This document shows, piece after piece, positions 16,509-25,669 of a stretch of DNA of 32,000 nucleotides (the first letter of the stretch is position 1; the number at the start of each line of letters is the position of its first letter). The position numbers and the translations under genes were made by a program. The notes beneath the pieces are model-generated. The model saw only the letters and a program-made list of their open reading frames with translations. It searched no databases and was not told the origin of the DNA. The stretch is from an uncultured archaeon (GTDB lineage: Archaea > Asgardarchaeota > Thorarchaeia > Thorarchaeales > Thorarchaeaceae), in the NCBI GenBank assembly GCA_964648855.1, contig CAZYLT010000014.1, positions 32,400 through 64,399 on the forward strand. Direction: 5' to 3'.

Positions 16509-17480
16509 TTAGCTAGCCTCATTTTTCTCCTGGGCAGTAATAATCTGAGGAATTCTCTTGTCAGCGCGCTTTTCGGAGAATCCAAATCCTGAAACTATCT
16601 TCTCCTTTAGTTTTGATTCATCCGGAACCTCCCACTCAAGTTCATAATCGTCGGTCACAGGCATCTCCAAGAAGATATCCATGATTTGCTGCCAGTCAAA
16701 ATCGCAATTTGCTTTTTGAAAGGCATTCTCGATATCATATTCTCTCAAGAGCTTCTGACCTCGTTTTGGTCCAATCCCGTATATGCCGCCGGGCTTGTAA
16801 TCGGTTCCCATCATGATTGCGAGGGCAACCAATTCCTCTCTGGATAATGAGAGCGATTCAAGAACGTCTCTTAGATTAACCAGTTGCAGTCCTCTTCGTG
16901 ACCTTTGCGACTTTGAGAGATTTCGAACAAGTCGCCCAGCTCCATGAAGGAGTGGATCGTAGTCTTGAGTCACACCAGCGTAGGCATGTCCTACGACGGT
17001 CATGTGAGCCATTTGGGCATCTGCCTCAGTAGGTGCCTGGACGAACGGTACACCCATGGCGGATAGGAGTTCCATTGATGAATCTAGAATCTCATCCGTT
17101 AGATGGGCAGATCTAATGCCATACTTCCGCATATCCTCTATATTGCCCGCTGCTTTTGCATCCTCAAATCTTTGCAGCGCAGCTCTCCTACTCTCATATC
17201 TCTCCTGAATAGTACCCATCTTCAAATCGGGAGGCGATCCATCGAAGATGAACGCTGGTTTTAGACCAGCAGCTAGCCAATTTGTCACCCTAGGTAATAG
17301 ACCGAGTAGATGTGATGTAACCTGTCCCTGCTCATTTCTAATTAGTGTACCATCACGATTCCTAATCGCGGTGAGAAATTGATACAGAATGTTATGTGCA
17401 TCAATGGCCAACACTTTGCCTCGTAAGTCCTCCAACTCTATTATTTTTGGTTCGATGATTTTGCCCAGGTTTGTTCCCAT
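16509..17480 (-). CDS. fen: Flap endonuclease 1 family nuclease lacking a C-terminal PIP box
   Basis: MG start, AIDAHNILYQFLTAIR, TSHLLG, FIFDG, EADAQ, QDYD and GTDY...GIGPK (H2TH motif). Confidence 0.9.
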   Translation of the reverse strand: MGTNLGKIIEPKIIELEDLRGKVLAIDAHNILYQFLTAIRNRDGTLIRNEQGQVTSHLLGLLPRVTNWLAAGLKPAFIFDGSPPDLKMGTIQERYESRRAALQRFEDAKAAGNIEDMRKYGIRSAHLTDEILDSSMELLSAMGVPFVQAPTEADAQMAHMTVVGHAYAGVTQDYDPLLHGAGRLVRNLSKSQRSRRGLQLVNLRDVLESLSLSREELVALAIMMGTDYKPGGIYGIGPKRGQKLLREYDIENAFQKANCDFDWQQIMDIFLEMPVTDDYELEWEVPDESKLKEKIVSGFGFSEKRADKRIPQIITAQEKNEAS

Positions 17481-17789
17481 TTTTCTCTCAACTCCAGAGT
17501 TAGTTCTACGCGGTAAAATAGTCTATCTTGGTGCGAAGATACCATGTGCTTTTCAGTTATTAAGTTCAAGAGGCCAGTATAAAACTCCTTTGAAAATGGC
17601 TCATAAGGTCATGAATAGTCTTTGGGGCACTCATAAATTCGAATCAGTCATGAAGAAATTTATATGCGTTATTTACAAAATTCATACATAGAGCGGCCAT
17701 AGCACATAATTTCCGCAAGTCAGATAGTATTGTAACAGATTAGTATCGGAGATTGAAAAAGTTCCGCTCTTTTAGTTGTGTGAATTAGT

Positions 17790-18236
17790 ATGACAGCAGA
17801 AAGCGATTCTGATGAAATCAAAGTTACAGACCTAGAACCGAAGATGAGCCACATCGACATAGCCTTCAAGGTTATCGATAAATCTGAGCCTAGAACAGTG
17901 TCATCCCGCCATAGTAATGATAGCCATCGAGTGGCCGATGCGACAGTAGGCGATGAAACTGGAATGGTCTTAGTTCCTCTTTGGGATGATGCCATCGAGA
18001 ATATGAAGATAGGCAAGTCCTACCAGCTAAGGAATGGTTTCACCGGTCTATTCAGAAACAGCCTTAGATTGAAAGTAGGACGTAAAAGCGAAGTGAAAGA
18101 AATAGACGATGGGATTGAATCTGTAAATGAGAACACCAATATGTCACTGACAGGCCAGAAGAAAAAGTCCTACAAGCATACCCATCGACCTTACGATTAT
18201 CGAATCGATGGCGGCGTAAGAAACTACAACAACTGA
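17790..18236 (+). CDS. ssb: Single-OB-fold single-stranded DNA-binding protein (crenarchaeal-SSB-like)
   Basis: KVTDLEP...FKVIDKSEPRTV, RVADATVGDETG...LWD and NGFTGLFRNSLRLKVGRKSEV; basic tail. Confidence 0.85.
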   Translation: MTAESDSDEIKVTDLEPKMSHIDIAFKVIDKSEPRTVSSRHSNDSHRVADATVGDETGMVLVPLWDDAIENMKIGKSYQLRNGFTGLFRNSLRLKVGRKSEVKEIDDGIESVNENTNMSLTGQKKKSYKHTHRPYDYRIDGGVRNYNN

Positions 18237-18381
18237 CACGACTACCATCACGGACACAGAAACAGATACCACACCCCCTCCCGATGAGGGAGATAACACA
18301 TTTCTAGTCCTCATTGCTGCAGCTGTGGCGGGGATAGTTGTAGTCATCGTAATAGGATTCTACATGAAGAAGCGGACATAG
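18220..18381 (+). pseudogene. Start-less C-terminal segment of a surface protein (Thr-rich linker, TM helix, basic tail)
   Basis: The +1 frame relative to ssb reads ETTTTDTTTITDTETDTTPPPDEGDNTFLVLIAAAVAGIVVVIVIGFYMKKRT*; preceded by in-frame TAA at 18217-18219. Confidence 0.7.
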
Positions 18382-18396
18382 CAAATACATAACAAT

Positions 18397-18436
18397 GAGA
18401 GCCCTATATAGTTGGCTCTCTACCTTGATTTTTTTT
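18397..18436 (+). terminator. Hairpin plus T8 after the anchor segment
   Basis: GAGAGCC...GGCTCTC (18397-18420), T-tract at 18429-18436. Confidence 0.65.
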
Positions 18437-18582
18437 GTTGGATTAAAAACACTAGTAGACCGTATCAACATTTCATTGCGCAAGCATTAGCAAAAGGCAA
18501 CTTTTCATGAGGAAACTTACAATTTCTTTGGAAAGTGGCGATAGAAAGAAAAGAGATGCGCATGCATATTTCCTTGGTGCAA

Positions 18583-20436
18583 ATGTCATCTCTCGTTTCA
18601 AGATTTAGAAAATATCTTTCGGTGGAAACTGCTGGGGGAGCGGCTTGGTCCCCTGATAATGCTAGCATTGCTTTTGCATATGATGCTCCTGGTATTTATC
18701 AAATATTCAGAGCGAGGACCGAGGCTAATAAAGCTCTATGGCCTGAAAGACTTACCTTTTTCGAGAATCGGTGCACTGACCCCAGATGGCTTTCTGATGG
18801 TTCAATTCTGTTTACTATGGACAAGGGTGGAGATGAGAACTTCCAGATGGGAGTAATTGATTCAACAGATGACATTGAATGGATTACAGATGATAAGGAA
18901 GCAAAGCATCGCCCGACCTACTCGTCTGCCGACCATCTATATTACATCGCTAACATTGAGGACAAGTCTAGGCTCGACATTTACCGACGACAAATCCCCC
19001 TGACTGGGCATGAACCTGAAAAGATCCGACAGCCAACTGAAGGCATTGAAATACTACAATGTACCAATGCAAAAGACCGCCAAGCTATTTTCTCTCAATA
19101 TCGCGGAAATAATGAGCAAGACCTCTTTTTGCTGTCTACTGATGCCCAAGATGCAGTGAATCTAACACAGGCAATATCGAAAAGAAAAACTAGGTGGGAA
19201 GCAATTTGTTTTCTTGACAATGATCATTTACTTGTAATTACAGACCATGAATCCGATTTTCAAAGATTTGCAGTTCTTGGCTTGGATAAGAGCTTCAAGA
19301 GATTCGAAGATTATGAGAACAGAGTACAGTGGGAAGTTGAGGCAACTGCATGGAATCATCAGAATGAACACACATATTTCTCTGAGAATAAGGAGGGCTA
19401 CAGCAGTTTATACCGAGCAAAATTCCAACCTGATGGGGTTTCTGACCTGGAATCTGTCGACCTACCTATCGATGGAGTCTTAGTTTCTGGCGATTCCCGT
19501 TCTTTCGCCAATAGCATGAGTCTATCTGAAGATGGGCGCCGCTTGGCAGTAAGTCTCAGTTCGGCCACAAATCCAACAAATGTCTGGATCATAGATACTG
19601 AAACCGGGAACTCTTGGATGGCAACTCAAACAAGTACCTATGGATTGAAAAAAGATGACTTCTCTCCTGTTGAACTCCATAGATTCAAATCATTCGATGG
19701 TCTGAGTGTTCCTTATTTCAAGTACTTGCCAAGAGTAGAAACGCCTGCAAATGGATTTCGAACCATATTCATTATCCACGGAGGTCCTGAATCTCAAACA
19801 AGACCCAGTTTTAGTCCAATAATCCAGTATTATCTATCTGCAGGTTATGCAGTGATTGCGCCAAATATTAGAGGAAGCACCGGGTACGGCCGCACATACA
19901 TGGACTTGGATAATGTTGAGAAACGCTTAGACTCGATTGCAGATATCAAGAGTCTTGCAGAACACTTGGATTCGGAGGACAAATCTATAGACAATTCCAA
20001 GCTTATAGTATATGGTGGCAGTTATGGTGGATTTGCAGTTCTCTCTTCCGTAACGGAATACCCAGATATCTGGAGCGCAGGGGTTGATATCGTAGGTATA
20101 TCGGATTTTGTGACTTTTCTGAAGAATACAGCGGACTGGAGAAGAAGCCTGAGAGAGGCTGAATATGGAAGTCTCGAACACGATAGGAATACGCTCGAGA
20201 AAGTTAGCCCTATTCATAAGGTTGACCGGATCCAGTGTCCTTTGTTCATCATCCAGGGTGACAATGATGAACGAGTGCCTTTGTCCGAGTCCGTGCAAAT
20301 CTATGAGAGGGTGAAGGCCAAAGGAATCAATGTAAGATTGCTTCGATTTGCAGATGAAGGTCATGGATTGGCAAAACTTGAAAATCGTCTCAAGGCATAT
20401 TCTGAAATAGTAAAATGGCTTGAAGAGATTGTTTGA
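18583..20436 (+). CDS. S9 family (prolyl oligopeptidase / acylaminoacyl peptidase-like) serine peptidase
   Basis: Beta-propeller-like N-terminus (AWSPD, PRWLSDG), IHGGPESQ, PNIRGSTGYG, GGSYGG, DERVP and DEGHG triad motifs; start placed at ATG 18583 after GGTG (the ORF opens at 18535). Confidence 0.93.
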   Translation: MSSLVSRFRKYLSVETAGGAAWSPDNASIAFAYDAPGIYQIFRARTEANKALWPERLTFFENRCTDPRWLSDGSILFTMDKGGDENFQMGVIDSTDDIEWITDDKEAKHRPTYSSADHLYYIANIEDKSRLDIYRRQIPLTGHEPEKIRQPTEGIEILQCTNAKDRQAIFSQYRGNNEQDLFLLSTDAQDAVNLTQAISKRKTRWEAICFLDNDHLLVITDHESDFQRFAVLGLDKSFKRFEDYENRVQWEVEATAWNHQNEHTYFSENKEGYSSLYRAKFQPDGVSDLESVDLPIDGVLVSGDSRSFANSMSLSEDGRRLAVSLSSATNPTNVWIIDTETGNSWMATQTSTYGLKKDDFSPVELHRFKSFDGLSVPYFKYLPRVETPANGFRTIFIIHGGPESQTRPSFSPIIQYYLSAGYAVIAPNIRGSTGYGRTYMDLDNVEKRLDSIADIKSLAEHLDSEDKSIDNSKLIVYGGSYGGFAVLSSVTEYPDIWSAGVDIVGISDFVTFLKNTADWRRSLREAEYGSLEHDRNTLEKVSPIHKVDRIQCPLFIIQGDNDERVPLSESVQIYERVKAKGINVRLLRFADEGHGLAKLENRLKAYSEIVKWLEEIV

Positions 20437-20479
20437 AACAAGGTTAAGAGGGATTCTATTGAAAAAGAGAGTGGGTACA

Positions 20480-21097
20480 ATGTTGCCAAAACATGTTGTT
20501 GCGATAGCTCTTATGCTGTTGCTCATCTTACCTTCAGCATCAGGTGTGGAATATGAAACGAAAGAATTCATCGATGATTCCATCAGAGTTTCTGTGCAGC
20601 TTGCAGCAGACACACCGTGGGTGGCTCCTTTCTCAGAAACGGTCAGCATAGCTGTCAATGTTAGTCCGATGAGCAGTGCACTCCAGCAAGTGAACGTGTC
20701 GCGAATATCAATAGTCGTGAATAGGCTCGAAACCGACCAATCGGGGTATGTGTTGGTTTCTGCAGAGAATGTCCAAGGGTCGCCTTTGAAAACAGGTATA
20801 GAAAGTGCGAGCTATCAAACGAATATTACCATGATTGGCGATAAATTCGGAGAGAGTTGCTATTTTGCCCTATTGATTGCTGGTTCTTATCTAAATGGCA
20901 CAGCACTCCACTATTTCGAAGCCGCATCTCCTGAAGACTTGATTGGGCCTTTCTCAATCTCAGCAAGTATAGCAACTCCACAGGTTTGGGTTGGCATAAT
21001 TGTGCTTGCAGGGGCCTTTGCTTTCTTCGCCTGCGCTGCATATGGAGTCAAGAAATCCAGATCCCAAAAGAAAAAGACAAAATTGTTGGAGGAATGA
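20480..21097 (+). CDS. Secreted, C-terminally anchored hypothetical protein
   Basis: Signal peptide MLPKHVVAIALMLLLILPSASG, beta-rich body, C-terminal TM helix and KKSRSQKKK tail. Confidence 0.72.
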   Translation: MLPKHVVAIALMLLLILPSASGVEYETKEFIDDSIRVSVQLAADTPWVAPFSETVSIAVNVSPMSSALQQVNVSRISIVVNRLETDQSGYVLVSAENVQGSPLKTGIESASYQTNITMIGDKFGESCYFALLIAGSYLNGTALHYFEAASPEDLIGPFSISASIATPQVWVGIIVLAGAFAFFACAAYGVKKSRSQKKKTKLLEE

Positions 21098-21174
21098 CTT
21101 ACTCAGTTGGATTCTTGCTTCTATTTACAAGCACTCTTAAGACAGTTCGCTTCATGTTTTACTAGTTGATTTAT

Positions 21175-22959
21175 ATGGCGGCTAAGGAGATGAGATGGGA
21201 CTTATCCCAATTGGTCAAAGAAACTGACCCAACATATCTGGAAAAACGGATGGATGAAGCGGTCAAGGAATCTGACAAGTTCCGAAACAGATTCCGCCAA
21301 CTGATACACGGCATGGACGCCAAGGACATCGTTGAATTTCTGAATCGGTATGAAGAAATACAGATGGAATATGAAGGCGTCTTCGATTACTGCTCCCTCA
21401 ATTATCACGCAGATATGACAGATGACACAGCGAAAAGACTCTACGACAGAGCTCAAACCACACACACAGAAATTCAAAAGAACCTGGCTTTTGTGGAGCT
21501 CGAACTCGGACACCTCCTAAAATCCCAGAAGAGTGTCATTAAGCGAAAGGAAATTGAAGAATATAGACAGTTCTTGGCTAAGATCCATAGAAAGACACCT
21601 TACATGCTCCCAGAGGACCAAGAAAAGATAATTCTAGCAAAGGATCGTAATGGAATCAGAGCATGGCAACAGCTCCAAGGTGATTGGCTTTCTACTCGAA
21701 TGTTTGAGATAGAAATTGATGGAGAAAAGAAGGAGATGCCATATGGAAAAATCATCTCTCTCTATGAAGATTCAAGAAGGAATATCCGTAAGGAAGCGAA
21801 CAAGGTTGTATATGAGGGACTAGGCGAGGATGACATTATTTGGGCAAGTGCTGTTCGCTCAGTTTCATCTGACCACATTCAGATGTGCAAAATCAGAGGC
21901 TATCCGGACCCAATGACTCAAAGTCTTATTGCAAATGACGTTCTCAAGGATACTATAGATGCTCTGATTGATACTATCTTGGAGAACGTTGATGTCTATC
22001 GAAGATACCTCAAACTTAAGGCCAAGGCTATGGGACTAGACAGATTGGGAAATTGGGATATAGTGGCACCACTACCTGATGCCCCAGAAAAGAAATATGA
22101 CTGGTCAGAGGCTCGTGAACTCATAACTAGTGCTTATAGAAGCTTTGACTCGGGAGTCGCAGATTGGGTTTCAGAGATGTATGAACGCAATCATATCGAT
22201 GGCGAAGTGAGAAAAGGAAAACGTTCCGGAGCATTTTGTTCTACTTGGTTTTCGGGACAAAGCGCCTATATCCTGCAGAGTTACAATGGGACCATGGGAG
22301 ATGTCTTTACTCAGGCCCATGAGTTGGGACATGCGGTTCATGCTTACCTAGGGTCGCGAAATCAAACGCTACTCAATTACAGAATTGGCAGTTGTATTGC
22401 AGAAACAGGTAGCATCTTCGGAGAACTCCTTCTCACGGAGAAACTTCTTGAAGATAGCGATAGCGATGAAGCAAAGCGCGCAGTTCTAGCACAAGTGCTC
22501 GACGAATTCGGTATGGCAGCTTTCCAAGTTAGCGCGAGAGTACTGTTTGAGAGGAGCATGTATGATGCTATCCAGAAAGGTGAACTTCTGGATGGAGAAA
22601 AAGTATCCGCATTATGGGTTAAAGCCAGAAACACAATCTACGGCGATGCTGTAGAGTGGCTCGACGCCATGCAATGGGAGTGGACTATGAAGATCCATTA
22701 CTATATCCCAAACTATCGTTTCTATAACTATCCATATGTTTTTGCTCAGCTGTTTGTCTATGCTATGTACCGATTGTATAAAGTGATGGGTGATGAGTTC
22801 GTTCCTCGATTCAAAGGCCTTCTCGCAGCGGGTTCTAGCAAGCCCCCACAATTGCTTGCGGAGGAACTGGGATTAGACATCACAAAGGAAGACTTCTGGC
22901 AAAAGGGTATAGACCAGTTTGAGGAATTCATAGACATGTTTGAAGAAACACTGGAATAA
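21175..22959 (+). CDS. pepF: Oligoendopeptidase F (M3B)
   Basis: WDLSQL, RKGKRSGAFC, HELGHAVH, AETGSIFGE, FYNYPYVF and LAAGSS; the ORF opens at 21166. Confidence 0.92.
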   Translation: MAAKEMRWDLSQLVKETDPTYLEKRMDEAVKESDKFRNRFRQLIHGMDAKDIVEFLNRYEEIQMEYEGVFDYCSLNYHADMTDDTAKRLYDRAQTTHTEIQKNLAFVELELGHLLKSQKSVIKRKEIEEYRQFLAKIHRKTPYMLPEDQEKIILAKDRNGIRAWQQLQGDWLSTRMFEIEIDGEKKEMPYGKIISLYEDSRRNIRKEANKVVYEGLGEDDIIWASAVRSVSSDHIQMCKIRGYPDPMTQSLIANDVLKDTIDALIDTILENVDVYRRYLKLKAKAMGLDRLGNWDIVAPLPDAPEKKYDWSEARELITSAYRSFDSGVADWVSEMYERNHIDGEVRKGKRSGAFCSTWFSGQSAYILQSYNGTMGDVFTQAHELGHAVHAYLGSRNQTLLNYRIGSCIAETGSIFGELLLTEKLLEDSDSDEAKRAVLAQVLDEFGMAAFQVSARVLFERSMYDAIQKGELLDGEKVSALWVKARNTIYGDAVEWLDAMQWEWTMKIHYYIPNYRFYNYPYVFAQLFVYAMYRLYKVMGDEFVPRFKGLLAAGSSKPPQLLAEELGLDITKEDFWQKGIDQFEEFIDMFEETLE

Positions 22960-22973
22960 AACGTGAAATACCC

Positions 22974-22994
22974 CCTCCACGAAGTTGTTTTGGA
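22974..22994. terminator. Short hairpin between the convergent pepF and creatininase-family genes
   Basis: CTCCA...TGGAG inverted repeat. Confidence 0.35.
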
Positions 22995-23062
22995 GGAGTC
23001 TCTCGCCAGATTCCTCTGCATCAACTTATGAAATTGAGCATGGAATTGATTACGATTCAAAT

Positions 23063-23842
23063 CTAATATGTTAACCTCTTGATGAAACCAATCAGGCGTT
23101 TTATTACGACTTCGCTGATCGCCTCTCCCTTCTCTTCAGTAGCCTCCGTAGAATGGCCAACATTGCCGGTTTCAGTAATCTCCTTCATCATTGTTGCCAT
23201 GAAAGCAGTGGGGGGTCCAACCATCATATCAGGCACAATATAGTCAGCTACCGGGGATTTGCCAGGTTCATCAACAAGCTTCTCTTGCAAAACTCTCTGA
23301 TTCAAGTACCACGCCACCGAAGTCTCCATGTCGCATGCATGGTAGACGGGGGGTGTTACAACTTCCTTTATTTTGTCCATCGCAAGACTCCACCAGTTCA
23401 CTGCATATGCTCTAACTCCATGGTCATCTCGCAGGATATGAAGTGCATTTGTTATTGCAGGGATATTCCCTCCGTGACCGTTGAAGAGAATGATAGGACC
23501 AAATCCGTGCGCATTAAGAGACCTGCAGATATCCACAAGCAGCATTGATAGAGTCGTTTCTTTGATAGAAACAGTACCGGGAAATTCCATGTGATGATGC
23601 GAGAATCCGTAGGCTACAGTCGGAGCCACAGTGACTTTCATTTCCTCCCAGATACGCTCTGCTGTTCTCTTTGCAAACTCGCTTGCGATATAGTGGTCAT
23701 TATCAACGGGCAGCGCGGGTCCGTGCTGCTCGGTTGAACCAACAGGCACGAGGATAACACCTGATTCCGATACGCGTTTTTCAACTTCCTCCCATGTCAT
23801 TTTTGACAATAGGTATTCCATTTTCATTCTTGTTTCCTCCAT
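23063..23842 (-). CDS. Creatininase / creatinine amidohydrolase family protein
   Basis: MTWEEV, PVGSTEQHGPALPVDND, GFSHHHMEFPGT, NGHGGN, HACDMETS and ATEEKGE. Confidence 0.9.
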   Translation of the reverse strand: MEETRMKMEYLLSKMTWEEVEKRVSESGVILVPVGSTEQHGPALPVDNDHYIASEFAKRTAERIWEEMKVTVAPTVAYGFSHHHMEFPGTVSIKETTLSMLLVDICRSLNAHGFGPIILFNGHGGNIPAITNALHILRDDHGVRAYAVNWWSLAMDKIKEVVTPPVYHACDMETSVAWYLNQRVLQEKLVDEPGKSPVADYIVPDMMVGPPTAFMATMMKEITETGNVGHSTEATEEKGEAISEVVIKRLIGFIKRLTY

Positions 23843-23852
23843 TCTTGCACGA

Positions 23853-24470
23853 TTAGCCCTTTCTAAGTATCTTCCTCACAGGCGTAGCTGTCATGGGATT
23901 CAATCTGACAACTTCATCCCGATAATGCCTTTTAGAGATTTTCAAAATCAAATAGGATCCTCCTGGCGCGAACTCCTCAATCGAAACTGCCTTTTCCACA
24001 GAAGAGGGTCCAAGAGCTCTGTAGCTACATGCGATGGCGATTGCCGATACTACTGGAATGATAGCCCAAGAGCGGTCAATGGGGATACCACGAACCAATG
24101 TAAGTGTCACAGATATGGATGATAAGAGAAAGGCAATCAATGAAATCCCGCCTACTACTGCTGCAATACTTCTTGTTCTTGCGTGTTCGTCAATTGAATA
24201 GGTATGGTTATCACAAACTGGAATTGCAATTCTCTTTACTGAGCCGGGTTTTGCCCATAACGAAGGCCTTCTATTGAGTCCGCCTGTGGCAGTACGGTTT
24301 ATTTCCCGCAAGCGTTCAGCCTTTTCTCGTTCTTCTGGAGATATTGACCCGATTATTGCTGTGTCAGTCGTTTCTCGACCACACACAGGACAGATTTTCG
24401 GAAAAGCAATGCTATTCGATGTGATTTTCACATAATACTCGTCTTCCTCTGCTTCTACATCCATGTCCAT
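23853..24470 (-). CDS. Hypothetical membrane protein with a putative Zn site (CxxC...CxxH) and 2 TM helices
   Basis: FPKICPVCG and IPVCDNH precede two hydrophobic helices. Confidence 0.7.
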   Translation of the reverse strand: MDMDVEAEEDEYYVKITSNSIAFPKICPVCGRETTDTAIIGSISPEEREKAERLREINRTATGGLNRRPSLWAKPGSVKRIAIPVCDNHTYSIDEHARTRSIAAVVGGISLIAFLLSSISVTLTLVRGIPIDRSWAIIPVVSAIAIACSYRALGPSSVEKAVSIEEFAPGGSYLILKISKRHYRDEVVRLNPMTATPVRKILRKG

Positions 24471-24650
24471 TCATGTGCCAATACCATTCACGATTTATAC
24501 GGATTATCATATGATATGGTCGCTCATAGGGGCGGGAGGTTTTTTCATTCATATTGGCGTTCTCCGTTCAAACATATTCTCTATTTGTAACCCATCACCT
24601 CTTTACTGTAGTTTACTATTGTTATTGATACAATCAAGAGGGTACAAGAG

Positions 24651-25616
24651 ATGTCGGATGAAAATAAGCGAAAAACGGATGAGTCATTTCCTATGATAGA
24701 GGAGGAAGAATTTGATGTCGAGCCTCATGGAGAGACGGTGGATTCAAACGCTGAAGAAGAGGAATCTGAGTCTTTTACCTCGGCTGAAGAAGAATTTGAG
24801 ATTGACCCAAAGGCAGAGGTCAAGGAAGCGTATTCGAGGAGGTATTCCATCAAAGCGAGAAGAGATGCATCTGTCGCGGGATTTCTCCTATGGAGCGGTT
24901 TTCTAGTCCTATGGTTGTTCTTCTTTGCCGTGGACTACGGGATATTCGAAAACATTGGAGTAGCGATAGCATCATTCGCCATCATGGGCGCGATTATCGC
25001 GATGGCATGGGTCCCCTCTGATGCAGGGCCGGATCAATCGAGTTGGCGAATCAATCTCTCTATCATCAGTGGAGTAGGCTGGATTGCCTTCATAGTTATC
25101 TGGTTGCCATTCTTCATGGAGGAGGTTACTGTATACCAGAACACTGGTGCAATATTGGCATCGATTCTTTTACTTATAGCTATCAACGCTGCAGCGTGGA
25201 GTAGTTTTGGCTTTGAGATGACTGCAACTGTAACAAAGTGGCGGCCTGGAGCAGGATTCTTGGTATTCCTTCTTTGGATTGTGTTCGATATCTATTGGCT
25301 TTGGTCTCAGGCAGACGGCTTCATTTGGGAAAGGAATTTAGCTGTTGGAATACTATCTTTTATAATATTCTTAGCTTTGCAATTGGCTATTTGGAAACCA
25401 ATGATGGATACCCAAGGTGGAGAGGTCAAAGGTGGAGCCCTTTTCTTTGCATGGTTAATCCTACTGGTCATCTGGTTCTGGTTCTTCGGCGAGCCATTCA
25501 ATGTGTACCAGAATTTTGCCATTGTGTTTGCCTCGTTTCTCATCTTTGCTGGCATCGGGTACCTAGCTGTTAGAAAGAATATTCGTGAGTTGGATGAATT
25601 AGACTGGGAAGAATAA
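24651..25616 (+). CDS. Polytopic membrane protein: acidic N-terminus plus four repeats of a 2-TM unit
   Basis: Repeated W-x6-W...N-x6-S unit; E/D-rich first ~55 aa. Confidence 0.8.
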   Translation: MSDENKRKTDESFPMIEEEEFDVEPHGETVDSNAEEEESESFTSAEEEFEIDPKAEVKEAYSRRYSIKARRDASVAGFLLWSGFLVLWLFFFAVDYGIFENIGVAIASFAIMGAIIAMAWVPSDAGPDQSSWRINLSIISGVGWIAFIVIWLPFFMEEVTVYQNTGAILASILLLIAINAAAWSSFGFEMTATVTKWRPGAGFLVFLLWIVFDIYWLWSQADGFIWERNLAVGILSFIIFLALQLAIWKPMMDTQGGEVKGGALFFAWLILLVIWFWFFGEPFNVYQNFAIVFASFLIFAGIGYLAVRKNIRELDELDWEE

Positions 25617-25627
25617 ATAGAGATAAT

Positions 25628-25662
25628 TGAAGACAGATATTTTCGTAACCGCTCTGTCTTCA
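25628..25662. terminator. Hairpin between convergent genes
   Basis: 10-bp inverted repeat TGAAGACAGA / TCTGTCTTCA. Confidence 0.55.
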
Positions 25663-25669
25663 TCTCTCT

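Noticed and set aside
16508-16585. N-terminal extension of pcm in the ORF track
   Set aside because: Overlaps the fen 3' end; ATG 16507 gives a normal ~210-aa Pcm
17481-17789. 309-bp fen/ssb intergenic region as a possible ncRNA or origin
   Set aside because: Only short imperfect inverted repeats and TATA-like elements; no ORB-like repeats, tRNA fold or C/D boxes recognised
19927-20658. 243-aa antisense ORF and the other short overlapping ORFs in the track (e.g. 1386-1946, 23153-23548, 27576-27956)
   Set aside because: Shadow frames of well-supported genes, with no motifs
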